Below, piece by piece: positions 27,392 through 36,899 of a DNA stretch of 64,000 nucleotides. The stretch comes from a virus. A program made the position numbers and the translations under genes. The notes under the pieces were generated by a model that was not told where the DNA came from, ran no database searches, and saw only the letters and a list, made by a program, of their open reading frames with translations. Where the stretch lies: the IMG/VR virus record IMGVR_UViG_3300047552_002060, positions 1 through 64,000 of that record; one strand, given 5' to 3'. Positions within the stretch are counted from its first letter, which is position 1; each line of letters starts with the position of its first letter.

Positions 27392-27904
27392 ATGAAATAC
27401 CTGTCAATTCTCCTATTGCTCGCCTGTAGTCCAGTTCCCTGCTATCCAGAGAGTGGCCTGAGTAACTTTACGTCATATCAGACACCCAAAGAAGAACCTT
27501 CTCTTGAGATAATGGCCCAACTCAGGCAGGTAGAAGCATGTCTAGCTCCACTCAAGACAACATGGCTCTCTGATGAAGAAGCAAAAGCCGCAGAATGCTA
27601 CGGTAGGTCTGCTGCTTCTTTAGAGCTCAGGGCATGTATGCGGGTCGCAGTAGCACCAGATTGGTACACAAGTACGTGTACCGGCGAGCAAGTTTTCAAT
27701 TGCAGTATTGGTAACGCTCGTTGCTTAGAAAAGGGAATTACTCCTACTGCTGAATGTCCATGTAGTTGTCGGGCTCAGATTCAAGATACAACTACTATCT
27801 GGATCACGCCTAATCGCAAGCTGTTGTCTGCTTATGCAGTTACTCTTCTAACAGGCTGTCTCAGTCCATGGACACCTACTCTCGTTAAATGTTCTAACAT
27901 CTAG
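27392..27904 (+). CDS. Cys-rich putative lipoprotein
   Basis: MKYLSILLLLAC lipobox-like N-terminus; many Cys. Confidence 0.65.
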   Translation: MKYLSILLLLACSPVPCYPESGLSNFTSYQTPKEEPSLEIMAQLRQVEACLAPLKTTWLSDEEAKAAECYGRSAASLELRACMRVAVAPDWYTSTCTGEQVFNCSIGNARCLEKGITPTAECPCSCRAQIQDTTTIWITPNRKLLSAYAVTLLTGCLSPWTPTLVKCSNI

Positions 27905-27908
27905 ATAT

Positions 27909-27981
27909 TCCCGAGTAGCTCAATTGGTAGAGCGTCGCACTGTTAATGCGAAAGTCGTAGGTTCGAAACCTACCTCGGGAG
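27909..27981 (+). tRNA. tRNA-Asn(GUU)
   Basis: TCCCGAG/CTCGGGA-G acceptor; TCGCA-CTGTTAA-TGCGA anticodon arm. Confidence 0.95.
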
Positions 27982-28090
27982 CTGTTGAGTATGTGAGCCA
28001 TCTTAGATGGCATAAGAAAAAAGACCACGACATTGACCGAATCGCACGTTACCAACTGTCTTTACTTCTTTTATCATATCCTCAATCTTT

Positions 28091-28345
28091 ATGCCGATAC
28101 GTATATTCTTTTTAAGCCAATTGAATAATCGAGTCCAACGTGGAGAATTGTCTCAAGGATGGCATTCGTGTTGGGCATTACTTAAATTCTTAACCTCTCT
28201 TAAACAGATTAAGTTGATAACTCCATCAACTTGGGATTCTGCTTATAGAGATGTTTGTGCTGTTTGGCAGGATTCAAAGCGAGCATTTAAATATGAAACA
28301 AAACAAAAAGAAATCTTACACACCACCTTCGAAACCTCTTCGTGA
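28091..28345 (+). CDS. small protein, LKLIS-motif family
   Basis: LLKFLTSLKQIKLITPSTW. Confidence 0.45.
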   Translation: MPIRIFFLSQLNNRVQRGELSQGWHSCWALLKFLTSLKQIKLITPSTWDSAYRDVCAVWQDSKRAFKYETKQKEILHTTFETSS

Positions 28346-28625
28346 CCCTGACCATATCAGTAAGAGAGGTGTATATTACTGGTGGAGTACGGAATGGCTC
28401 CGAGGCACCAATTCTGCCAACACTTCTTTTGGTCGAATTAAGGCCATTAAAGAGCGCGGAACAGTGAATCTATATATGGTAAGTAAAGATGGCAACCTTA
28501 CTTACATTCAAGGCAGCATCCAGCAAGAATTTAAGGATTGGCATCTGCAGAGAAAGATAGACTATTTCTTTCTAGCTGATGACCCAGAAGCACTGGACGA
28601 TATCATTCTTGCGTCCGATCCGTGA
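28293..28625 (+). CDS. hypothetical protein
   Basis: ORF. Confidence 0.65.
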   Translation: MKQNKKKSYTPPSKPLRDPDHISKRGVYYWWSTEWLRGTNSANTSFGRIKAIKERGTVNLYMVSKDGNLTYIQGSIQQEFKDWHLQRKIDYFFLADDPEALDDIILASDP

Positions 28626-28633
28626 GTAAGTAG

Positions 28634-29443
28634 CTATACTCCTGCTCCTGGAACACCTGTCAGCATCGGTTTCGGTACGACGACTTCCTCGTCAATCTTA
28701 ACATTCGGGTCACTCTCTTCTTTAACATGTTTATTTAGTTCAAGCTTAGGAACATTGTGACGATTAACTCTGCTGTACAGCTTGTGAACTAAGACTTCCA
28801 TATCAGCATGTGCTGGAGTTTTCTTCAGCTGCGACGATCGCAGTTTACGAAGGTTTCCTCGCTTCTTAGGTTCAACGACTTTATCTGCCAAGCCCAACTT
28901 AATAGTTTCTTCTGCAGAGAGATATAAGTCGCGCTGACACACATCTTCCCAAAAGCTCTTAGGCATCCTAGAATTGGCTGCATACACGTCATAGAGCATA
29001 TCCTGAAGACGCTTTGCCTCTTCCATCGCGATCTTCGCATCTGTATGTGTACCTTCGAAATATTCAGTGCCGTCATGAATCATAACAGTCGTGTTTGGAT
29101 AAAGATAGCGTTCGTCACAGATGGCCATAATCCATGTAGCACTACTCTGAACAATCCCACCGCCGAAAAACTTGACTTGACATGGACAAGCTAAGATCTC
29201 ATCACATAGCCGTAGCATCGAGTAGGGATCACCGCCGGCACTATTCATATATAGTTCTATGGGTTTTCCAGGGGCTTCATTCACAAGTCGATGAAGAGCT
29301 CTCACTGCGAGTTCGATCGAACGTTGAGTCACTTCTCCACACTCTTCATCGGCTTGACCTGTGTAGTCTCCGAAGTAGATACGACGGTTCTTGGTATCTA
29401 TACCGTAATCTAGAAAGTCACCTAATTCCGTTTTAAGGGCCAT
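28634..29443 (-). CDS. clpP: ClpP-like serine protease 1
   Basis: NSAGG, QSSA (Ser), MIHDG (His), RDLYLSAEE (Asp), GLADKV. Confidence 0.88.
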   Translation of the reverse strand: MALKTELGDFLDYGIDTKNRRIYFGDYTGQADEECGEVTQRSIELAVRALHRLVNEAPGKPIELYMNSAGGDPYSMLRLCDEILACPCQVKFFGGGIVQSSATWIMAICDERYLYPNTTVMIHDGTEYFEGTHTDAKIAMEEAKRLQDMLYDVYAANSRMPKSFWEDVCQRDLYLSAEETIKLGLADKVVEPKKRGNLRKLRSSQLKKTPAHADMEVLVHKLYSRVNRHNVPKLELNKHVKEESDPNVKIDEEVVVPKPMLTGVPGAGV

Positions 29444-29504
29444 AATTTAGTATTCTACCCCGTTTATAAGTGTTTAAAAAAGCAACAATAACCAAAAGGA
29501 CAAC

Positions 29505-29771
29505 ATGTCTAAGAAAGAAACCGTGGAAGAATTTTTGAAGCGTGGTGGGACTATAACTAAAATCCCGCCAGTAGCACCCGCAGAAGACAGCAGCAATGAC
29601 CACATTGTACCCACTACCAATGGCGGCGGAACAACTATGTTTACCCTAGGTGAGGGCGCCCTATATTATTCTGAATCTAAAGCTAAGCCCAAGAAACTCA
29701 AGAAACTTGATGAAGTTATCAATAAGTCTGCTCTTCCTGCTTCTCTATTGAAATACATGTCCAAAAATTAA
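29505..29771 (+). CDS. SutA-like RNA-polymerase-binding motif protein
   Basis: VEEFLKRGGTITKIP resembles the SutA RNAP-binding motif. Confidence 0.6.
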   Translation: MSKKETVEEFLKRGGTITKIPPVAPAEDSSNDHIVPTTNGGGTTMFTLGEGALYYSESKAKPKKLKKLDEVINKSALPASLLKYMSKN

Positions 29772-31456
29772 GTAGGATTTACCTTAGACACTAAGATTCC
29801 ATCGACGAATGTTAATGATCCAGCAGCTCCAGGAGTGGTTAGTTTGGCGAGAGAAGCAGTGTCATTATTATTTGTTGTTGGAAACACACCGGGAATGTTA
29901 AGTGCAACCATGGCAGCAGCAGCCAAATCTTTGAATATGAGCTTCAATTGACTCTGCTGCAGTGGTAGCAGAGTATTGTAATCTTGTAGTGGAGCTATCA
30001 GATCAGGGTCGACTCCTCCTTGGACTCCGTATAGGTAAGCCAATTGTAGTGCTTCGTCAAGATTCATAAATGTATTGGCTTGACGCTGAGTAACAGACAA
30101 TGGATCAACAATGGGCGTCGAACTTGTTATGGTTGGAGTTCCAATGTTGATTATTTGCTCTATGCCTGTTGCAACAATTTGATTGCTTATTGCAGGTACA
30201 CCCAGCTCTATAGATTGTTCGCTGCCCACTCCAACAACATTTGAAACTATCCCGGTTATTGGGGTGCCGATTAGAATATCTTGTTGGATGCCAGCTTCAA
30301 CAGCGAATATTGAAGTATTGTTAGTGGGTACACCGACAGAGATATCTTGCTGAATGCCTATTGCAGTATGTGATGTTATTGAACTGACAAGTGACAATCC
30401 TGTGTCAATCGTCTGATCAATGCCTATACCAATCGCGGGTATATAAACAGCTGCTATTGGAGTTCCAATAGTGATGTCTTGTTGAATACCAACACTCAAA
30501 AATTCTCGATCTAGAGCACGCACTGCAGATGGCGTACCGACGTTGATAACTTGTCCAAAACCACTTCCAATTACTGAAGCCGGTCCAGCAACCACCGGCG
30601 CTCCTACACTGATAGGCTCCAAGATTCCTACGCCAATAGTCGTGAGTGGATTAATATCAGCAGTAGGTGTACCGACAGCTATAGTCTGTGCGATACCTAC
30701 GCCCTGAGGTTCCTGTTGTTGAATAATTGCAGGTGTACCAATACTGATATTTTGTGCGACACCGACAGCTATAGTAGAAGCAAACAATCCAGAGGCTGGA
30801 TCACCGACAGTAATAGTTTGATCAACACCTATGCTCGTTGAGGAGAGAGAAGTTGATGTGACTGGCGTTCCGATATCTATTGTTTGATCAATACCAACAG
30901 ATTGAGCATCACCCTGCGACTGCATAGATGGAGTTCCAACAACGATATCTTGTTGGATACCAACGTTTACACATGCAATTTGAGCAGGTTGAATAACGTC
31001 AACGACTAATCCTGGCCAATTGTAGGTTCCACTGCGCGGAATTACCCAAGAACTTCCAGTAAAGACAGCATTATTCCTGATGCTAAGAGTGTAAGTATTT
31101 GTGCTGATTAATGGCCCAGAAAGCGCCAAAAGAATACTTCTTGCTCCAGCATTCCAAGTTACACTATTAATCGTCGGCGGAGTAGGTCCAGAGAGAGAGT
31201 AATCTGAGACAGTAGTGCTTACTGATTGCAGTGGAGCGGTGAATTGTATAGTAATAGTATTTACAGCTGATTCACCATAGTGCGCTGACCACAATGCTCC
31301 TTGCACGACTTCTCTATCACCGGTGATAGAAAATTGACCGCGTTTGCCCGAATTTCCATTGAAGTTTGGAGCAACATCAAAAGCCGAAGAAACTCTTTTC
31401 CAAGTATCTTGCTCCGTACTTGGCAATGCAAAATCATTGGATGCATAGGCAGTCAT
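29768..31456 (-). CDS. repeat-containing putative virion fibre/surface protein
   Basis: 13 GxxQxIxxGxP-type repeats; C-terminal LAKLT..G..G.LTF.DGILV domain. Confidence 0.7.
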   Translation of the reverse strand: MTAYASNDFALPSTEQDTWKRVSSAFDVAPNFNGNSGKRGQFSITGDREVVQGALWSAHYGESAVNTITIQFTAPLQSVSTTVSDYSLSGPTPPTINSVTWNAGARSILLALSGPLISTNTYTLSIRNNAVFTGSSWVIPRSGTYNWPGLVVDVIQPAQIACVNVGIQQDIVVGTPSMQSQGDAQSVGIDQTIDIGTPVTSTSLSSTSIGVDQTITVGDPASGLFASTIAVGVAQNISIGTPAIIQQQEPQGVGIAQTIAVGTPTADINPLTTIGVGILEPISVGAPVVAGPASVIGSGFGQVINVGTPSAVRALDREFLSVGIQQDITIGTPIAAVYIPAIGIGIDQTIDTGLSLVSSITSHTAIGIQQDISVGVPTNNTSIFAVEAGIQQDILIGTPITGIVSNVVGVGSEQSIELGVPAISNQIVATGIEQIINIGTPTITSSTPIVDPLSVTQRQANTFMNLDEALQLAYLYGVQGGVDPDLIAPLQDYNTLLPLQQSQLKLIFKDLAAAAMVALNIPGVFPTTNNNDTASLAKLTTPGAAGSLTFVDGILVSKVNPT

Positions 31457-31920
31457 TATGTCACCACCGGAGTTCCAATGTCAACTGTTTCAGTAACACC
31501 TGATTGAGTTGAAGCTAAATCTACATAGATTGGAATTGATGAAGCAATATTGGTAAAATATCCGTCGTAAAAAGTGTTATCGGCGACTTTTACAGTATAT
31601 GAATTTTCTATGGCCAAAGTGCTGGATAGTGTCAATCGTATGTACGACTTTCCAGATATGAAAGACACTGATGTAACTGTAGGTGCAGATGTACCATTAA
31701 TTATATAGTTACCAGCAACAGTCATGCTGCCACTAGTCAATAAAACTCGATCTGTCTGTATGTATAAAAAGGCCACACTTCCCGATGGCGAATATCGGGC
31801 ACAGAATGGAATGGGTCCAGTATTATTGCTTAATAACCAGGGTGCTAAATATACACGATGTGCGTAAGTATTTTGTTCTGTATTTGGCTGAGCAAAATCA
31901 TTTGGAGTATAAGAGGCCAC
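31456..31920 (-). CDS. putative virion protein (Ig-like), related to the N-terminus of 29768-31456
   Basis: Shared MxxYxxNDFAxPxTEQxT start. Confidence 0.65.
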   Translation of the reverse strand: MASYTPNDFAQPNTEQNTYAHRVYLAPWLLSNNTGPIPFCARYSPSGSVAFLYIQTDRVLLTSGSMTVAGNYIINGTSAPTVTSVSFISGKSYIRLTLSSTLAIENSYTVKVADNTFYDGYFTNIASSIPIYVDLASTQSGVTETVDIGTPVVT

Positions 31921-31936
31921 AAGTCAGTGTCTCCTA

Positions 31937-32941
31937 TTACAGACTCGGCGCCACTGATCCCACTGTTAACCAATGTCCAGAAACCATTCGCTCCGGATTG
32001 CCGGTTCCAGGAACCGTGCTTCCTGGAACAACTTGCGCCCCAATTGCCCAAAGATCGGGAATCCTGCCGCGTATCCCTTTATGGGAAGTCGTCGTATCCA
32101 TTACATAAGCAATAGGCAATGCATCTACAGTGGAATCTAAGTTATTAGTGGTTGTCAATACGGCCATTGACTGACCACTAGGTTTAAAGTTTGTCGTCAT
32201 GATCTGCATTGATGAAGTGGCTGCAGAATTATCTTGGGCTTTTCCACGTATTGTCCACGTACTAGATTCAGATAATGCACCGACGCCCGAATCTAAAAAC
32301 GTTGTCCACATTATGGTGCGAGCCGCATCAGATGAATGATATTCTGTTAGTGGTTCAATACAAATTGATGTAGAAAAATATCCAGTGCCATTGCGTGAGA
32401 TGAAAAATCGAAACCCGCCATTTGCATCAGTAGAAAAATGAGTTTTACCGGCGCCAGCAGTAGTAGAGATAAATTGAAATGATGTAAAAGCTGACTCATT
32501 AGTCGCTGTGGGTCTAGCTGTAGTTGAACCGCCGGTGAAAGCATTATTAGCAACTATGATAGAACCAGTCTGATCATTCGTGGGGCCGATATAATCAAAG
32601 CAAACATACCAAGGACCATCTAACAGACCAGATGGCGATTGAAGTACAAACCATGTGTGTGCAGAAGCCGCAGCAGCACGCGTCCAGTTGCTCGCCGTGT
32701 AAGAGCCTGCAAAGTTAAGTCGATCTGTAGAATCCATGCCGGCTGTTGAAGCATTGCTGCTACCAACTAGGGTCCAATAAGCACCCGAAGGTCGTGCACC
32801 CTCCGAACCATCAGTTCCAGAAACGCTTCCGGTCAGTGTAGCTCCAAAGGCCCATAACGCGCTACTAGCCGCTCTAGACGCAGTACTGGTATCGTCCAGT
32901 GCTCGATTTATCGTTGAATACCATGTTTTGCTTAAAGTCAT
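31937..32941 (-). CDS. putative virion/tail protein
   Basis: Ser/Thr/Gly-rich beta composition in the structural cassette. Confidence 0.65.
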   Translation of the reverse strand: MTLSKTWYSTINRALDDTSTASRAASSALWAFGATLTGSVSGTDGSEGARPSGAYWTLVGSSNASTAGMDSTDRLNFAGSYTASNWTRAAAASAHTWFVLQSPSGLLDGPWYVCFDYIGPTNDQTGSIIVANNAFTGGSTTARPTATNESAFTSFQFISTTAGAGKTHFSTDANGGFRFFISRNGTGYFSTSICIEPLTEYHSSDAARTIMWTTFLDSGVGALSESSTWTIRGKAQDNSAATSSMQIMTTNFKPSGQSMAVLTTTNNLDSTVDALPIAYVMDTTTSHKGIRGRIPDLWAIGAQVVPGSTVPGTGNPERMVSGHWLTVGSVAPSL

Positions 32942-33045
32942 GAAATTATACCTCTTTTTCTAAATATTTAAAGTGTGACCACGAATAGAATGAGCTTGCC
33001 TAATTACTATTTAAACAGTAGTTGGAGTGACTACAATACTAACAA

Positions 33046-33459
33046 TTACGTCAACTTGAAGATCTTATTAGTTCCTGAGTCGGGACTCCACGTGATATCG
33101 CCGCCGTTCGTGCTGAACGGTAAGGTGACACCGGTCGTGGTATCAATGAGTACAAGAAGTGGAGAGGTAGCCGCCGTTCCTGTGTCTTTATAGATTACGA
33201 AATATCGTACAGTCGATCCACCAGCAACGGCTGTAAAAGTAACTGAAGAGCTATTAAAGACGCCGTTGACAATTGTGACACCGCTAAGTGCCTGTGGAAC
33301 ATCAATAACATTCGCGTTGACGTCCGTCCAATACTGATGTGTTGCAAGGTTGGGAGTATAGGAGCTAGACACTAGAGCAATCTTGATCGTGTCTGAGTCA
33401 AGCACGAAACTACCATGTAGAAGACCCTGCTTGCCTAGAGTATAAAGTGCATTTGCCAT
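33046..33459 (-). CDS. phage tail-associated protein
   Basis: MANALY...DTIKIALV...NGGDIT...KIFKL pattern common in phage tail loci. Confidence 0.7.
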   Translation of the reverse strand: MANALYTLGKQGLLHGSFVLDSDTIKIALVSSSYTPNLATHQYWTDVNANVIDVPQALSGVTIVNGVFNSSSVTFTAVAGGSTVRYFVIYKDTGTAATSPLLVLIDTTTGVTLPFSTNGGDITWSPDSGTNKIFKLT

Positions 33460-33486
33460 TTTTTCAATTTCCTTTTGTATAAATAT

Positions 33487-33825
33487 TTACGACGGATCCG
33501 TTTTTGCTACTAAAATTCCATCAATGAATGTTAACAATCCAGTTGTTCCAGACGGCGTCAATTTTGCCAATGTAACGGTGGTTGATAGACCTGTAGGTAA
33601 AGCTCTCTTAATATTTAAAGCTACCATCATGGCAGCTATTAAAGACTTGAAGGGGTCCTTAACGCCTTGTTTTACCGCTTGTACCGCAGGAGTACTATAC
33701 AAGGGCATAGGATCAAGTACTGGCTGAGATATCTGGTTTTCAACACCAAATGCGAATGCTGCTTCTAGATCGCCCTCTAGAGCCACAATCCCCGTCTCCT
33801 GATCTGCTGTAATTATCAATTTCAT
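33487..33825 (-). CDS. stand-alone copy of the C-terminal domain of 29768-31456
   Basis: FKSLIAAMMVALNI...LAKLTPSGTTGLLTFIDGILV. Confidence 0.7.
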   Translation of the reverse strand: MKLIITADQETGIVALEGDLEAAFAFGVENQISQPVLDPMPLYSTPAVQAVKQGVKDPFKSLIAAMMVALNIKRALPTGLSTTVTLAKLTPSGTTGLLTFIDGILVAKTDPS

Positions 33826-33869
33826 AACTATTAATATATTCTACTTCGGCTGGAGTTAACTAAGACCTC

Positions 33870-33879
33870 TTTTCCGAAA
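33870..33879 (+). promoter_or_regulatory. TTTTCCGAAA upstream element
   Basis: 53 nt upstream of 33933. Confidence 0.55.
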
Positions 33880-33932
33880 CAATTAATAGACAAGGGAATA
33901 ATTCCCTATTGAGCAGGTAAAGAAAGGCACAA

Positions 33933-34265
33933 ATGAGTAATACACCTAATTTCGAAGATGTAGTGATTGGCACACTCGGTCGTACGCTGTCTCAGCATGA
34001 TTTGATGTATCATTACGATAGTTTACACACTGAGTTGACCAGTGAGTGGAATGTCGCTTATCGTGTCCAGGATAACTTCACGACGGCTGTTCTCTTTAAG
34101 ACTGTCGGGCGTGATTCAGGAGAGTTGCGTACGGAAGATATGTTTGTAGGTGTCTCAAAGCGAAACACTCAGGACCGGAACCTTCCCATTCGTGGACGGT
34201 CACTGGCTCTCTCACGAGCAGTGCACGCATTCCTAATGGATAGACTCCAAAGTTTCAAGAGCTAA
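33933..34265 (+). CDS. hypothetical phage protein
   Basis: VGVS.....D......GR..AL.RA. Confidence 0.7.
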   Translation: MSNTPNFEDVVIGTLGRTLSQHDLMYHYDSLHTELTSEWNVAYRVQDNFTTAVLFKTVGRDSGELRTEDMFVGVSKRNTQDRNLPIRGRSLALSRAVHAFLMDRLQSFKS

Positions 34266-34403
34266 ACATGACTCTCTTAGAGTTTGTAGGTGATCATCCT
34301 ATAGTAACTATACTGATTGCGATGATCGTCTGTAATACTGTTGTAGACATTGTACGCCTCATGACTCAGACTGTTGAACAAAAACACCACGAAGACTAAT
34401 CTC

Positions 34404-34413
34404 TTTTCCGAAA
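34404..34413 (+). promoter_or_regulatory. TTTTCCGAAA upstream element
   Basis: 47 nt upstream of the MoxR gene. Confidence 0.55.
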
Positions 34414-34460
34414 TCATCATAATTCGATTCACCCACAATGCAGCTAGGAGCAAATTATAA

Positions 34461-35603
34461 ATGAAGCCATCCAATATCACCGCAGTTCTTGACCTCGCTC
34501 TGAAGGCCAATCAGATCGGCGAGATTGTTAACCCGATGTTCACCGGCGATGCTGGACTTGGCAAGTCTCAGATCGTTCAGCAGTGGGTCGAAAAGCAGCG
34601 CGAAGTCGATCCCGAGTTTGGATTCGTTGATCTCCGCATCGCCTATCTGGAAGCGCCAGACCTTATCGGCTTTCCTGATACGGCCAAGGATGAGAATGGT
34701 CTCGAGCGGACAATGCATCGTCTGCCTGAGTTCTGGCCGACCTCGGGTCGTGGACTGATTCTTCTTGAGGAGCCCAATCGTGGTACGACGGGCGTCATGA
34801 ACTGCCTCATGCAGCTCCTGACTGATCGCAAGGTACACAACTATACTCTTCCACCAGGCTGGATGATTGCTGCAGCGGTCAACCCCGACTCATCCGAGTA
34901 TGATGTCAACGCGATGGATGCTGCCCTTAAGGATCGCTTTGAGGAATTCGAGGTTGAGTATGATGCCCTCACCTTCATGGAGTTCATGGAGAACAGGGGT
35001 TGGGACGCAAACATCCAGCGGTTCGTTGGCAACGGCGTCTGGGTCTACAAGACGCCAAAGGAGCTTGGCCAGAACGGCAAGTACATCAGCCCACGTACTT
35101 GGAGCAAGGTCAATGCTGCTGAGCGTGCTGGACTCAGTCAGAGCAATCGAATGCTCCACCGAATCACCGTGTGCGGCATTCTGGGCAAGGACATCGGCAA
35201 CGAGTATCATTCGTACTGCTTTGATCAGGCGCCAGTGACCGCTCAGGAGATCTTGAAGGACAAGAAGGGAGCATTCAAGCGACTCAAGGAGCACTGCGCA
35301 ACGGATACCTATCGCGGCGACATGATTCCAGTCACGGTCGACAGTATTATCAAGGCTTACGGCGGCAAGAAGGCCGTCTGTAAGGACGATCAGATCGATG
35401 AAGATACGATGGTCGAAGTCGCCAAGATTATCCCGGCTGACCAGACTGCTAACCTCATCAAGGGTTGCGGGTACGCAATCGCCAAGGGTCGTATGTCTGA
35501 CTTCTTGAATCAATTCGTTAAGGATCACCCCGAACTCATCAACATCATGAAGAGCAATATCAAGCTCAATCGCGCAACAGGTGTTGATAAGGATAAGAAG
35601 TAA
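34461..35603 (+). CDS. MoxR-family AAA+ ATPase
   Basis: GDAGLGKS, DLIGFP, LLEEPNR, AAVNP, ALKDRF, SPRTW. Confidence 0.88.
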   Translation: MKPSNITAVLDLALKANQIGEIVNPMFTGDAGLGKSQIVQQWVEKQREVDPEFGFVDLRIAYLEAPDLIGFPDTAKDENGLERTMHRLPEFWPTSGRGLILLEEPNRGTTGVMNCLMQLLTDRKVHNYTLPPGWMIAAAVNPDSSEYDVNAMDAALKDRFEEFEVEYDALTFMEFMENRGWDANIQRFVGNGVWVYKTPKELGQNGKYISPRTWSKVNAAERAGLSQSNRMLHRITVCGILGKDIGNEYHSYCFDQAPVTAQEILKDKKGAFKRLKEHCATDTYRGDMIPVTVDSIIKAYGGKKAVCKDDQIDEDTMVEVAKIIPADQTANLIKGCGYAIAKGRMSDFLNQFVKDHPELINIMKSNIKLNRATGVDKDKK

Positions 35604-35637
35604 GAGTTTCCACCGAAAAACGTTCTTTTCAGATTGT

Positions 35638-35714
35638 TTGACTTGGTTCTATCTTAAGAATAGAGAGAGCAGCTAAAGAGCTGCTAAGTTCTGGTTCAAG
35701 TCCAGAGAGTCGAG
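35638..35714 (+). ncRNA. tRNA-like RNA with closed anticodon arm
   Basis: TTGACTT/GAGTCGA acceptor; TTCTAT/ATAGAG D-like stem; AGCAGCT-AAAG-AGCTGCT arm; TCTGG-TTCAAGT-CCAGA T-arm. Confidence 0.65.
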
Positions 35715-36014
35715 TCAGTTCAATCACAGACGAATGGGTGACACAGAGTTGCACCCTACGGTGGGTCTTAATGGAGCATATATGCAAGGTTTGTTGTATG
35801 GCTGGATAGCTCTAATCGTACTAGCGGCGCTTTTCGCTTCTGTAGGATTAGGAGTATTGATTGCTATGTTGTTCTATCGTAAGAAGTAAAAAAAACTGGA
35901 ATGTTCCAAGAGTTGGCGTCCAGTACTGGGTTGATCTACGACGCGGGCAGATCGACAAATGGAAAAGAGAGGCTATAAAGGCCGAACGAGATCGTTCGAA
36001 TCGATTACCAGTTT

Positions 36015-36146
36015 ATGTATGGAGAGAAAATAGTCATCTATTTCTTTAGAACTTTAAGATTATTAAAGTTGTCTGAGTACAGAGTTGAAGGTCTGGTGCC
36101 CACGCGGTTAATTCTGCAGTACATGCTAGAAAAAAGAGGAAGATAA
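36015..36146 (+). CDS. microprotein, LKLIS-motif family
   Basis: MYGEKIVIYFFRTLRLLKLSEY...; stop overlaps the next ATG. Confidence 0.5.
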   Translation: MYGEKIVIYFFRTLRLLKLSEYRVEGLVPTRLILQYMLEKRGR

Positions 36147-36748
36147 TGAAGCGAAACTTAATTCAACTTGATAACGAGATGCTTGAGATCAAGCGAGATG
36201 CGAAGGGAAATCTCACTGTAAAGCGGCTCACACCTGAAGAACTTGTCGAGGTGCATGTACTTGAAGATAGTGTAGCAACTTTACTAGACAATGACTTCAA
36301 TAAGATCGCCAACGATACCATGGAAGGGCTTCGCAAGGAATTTAAGGCTTCTCTGCGAGAAAACATTCTGCGAGTGGTTGGTTTTACAAATAATTGGGGC
36401 AAGTGGGAAGTTGACAATTGTAACGGCCGGAATTCGCTCATCACAGAATACATTGCGCAAAAGATCAGGCAGGATATTAAGGGAGAGTTCGACAGTCTCC
36501 TCAAGGAAGACATCGAAAAGATGCTCGTCCCCATGCGAAAGCAACTCGCCGCAGAGTATAAAGAAGTCTTTGCGAGGACCGTCCGCGAATCCATGCGCTA
36601 CCAAGCACAAGAAGCGGCAAAAGAGTTCTTGACCAGTCTTCTCACTAAGGAAATCACCAAGGTACAAAAGCAAGCCATCGCAAAAGCAGAGGCTTGCTTT
36701 CTTGCCAAGAAGAAAAATGAAGACGCAGATGTAGATGCAGATGAATAA
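36146..36748 (+). CDS. hypothetical helical protein
   Basis: 200-aa ORF with GAGG SD. Confidence 0.75.
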   Translation: MKRNLIQLDNEMLEIKRDAKGNLTVKRLTPEELVEVHVLEDSVATLLDNDFNKIANDTMEGLRKEFKASLRENILRVVGFTNNWGKWEVDNCNGRNSLITEYIAQKIRQDIKGEFDSLLKEDIEKMLVPMRKQLAAEYKEVFARTVRESMRYQAQEAAKEFLTSLLTKEITKVQKQAIAKAEACFLAKKKNEDADVDADE

Positions 36749-36840
36749 CTTTTACAAATATCCTTCGACTATTTAAAAGTTATCGACTTCAAAAACAAGT
36801 TGATAAACTATTAAAACAAATAGCGGCCAGAAAAAGTAAC

Positions 36841-36850
36841 TTTTCCGAAA
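36841..36850 (+). promoter_or_regulatory. TTTTCCGAAA upstream element
   Basis: 49 nt upstream of the vWA-peptidase gene. Confidence 0.55.
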
Positions 36851-36899
36851 TTAGACGGATTCGTTCAAAGAATATTATTGAAGTTTCAATGGAGAGATA

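Noticed and set aside
27924-28115. ORF starting MVERRTVNAKVVGSKP
   Set aside because: Its N-terminal part is the tRNA-Asn sequence read in frame
35660-35685. CTA in the arm read as an amber suppressor, implying stop-codon recoding
   Set aside because: CTA is not centred in the loop, and long conserved genes are intact in the standard code with TAG, TGA and TAA all used as stops
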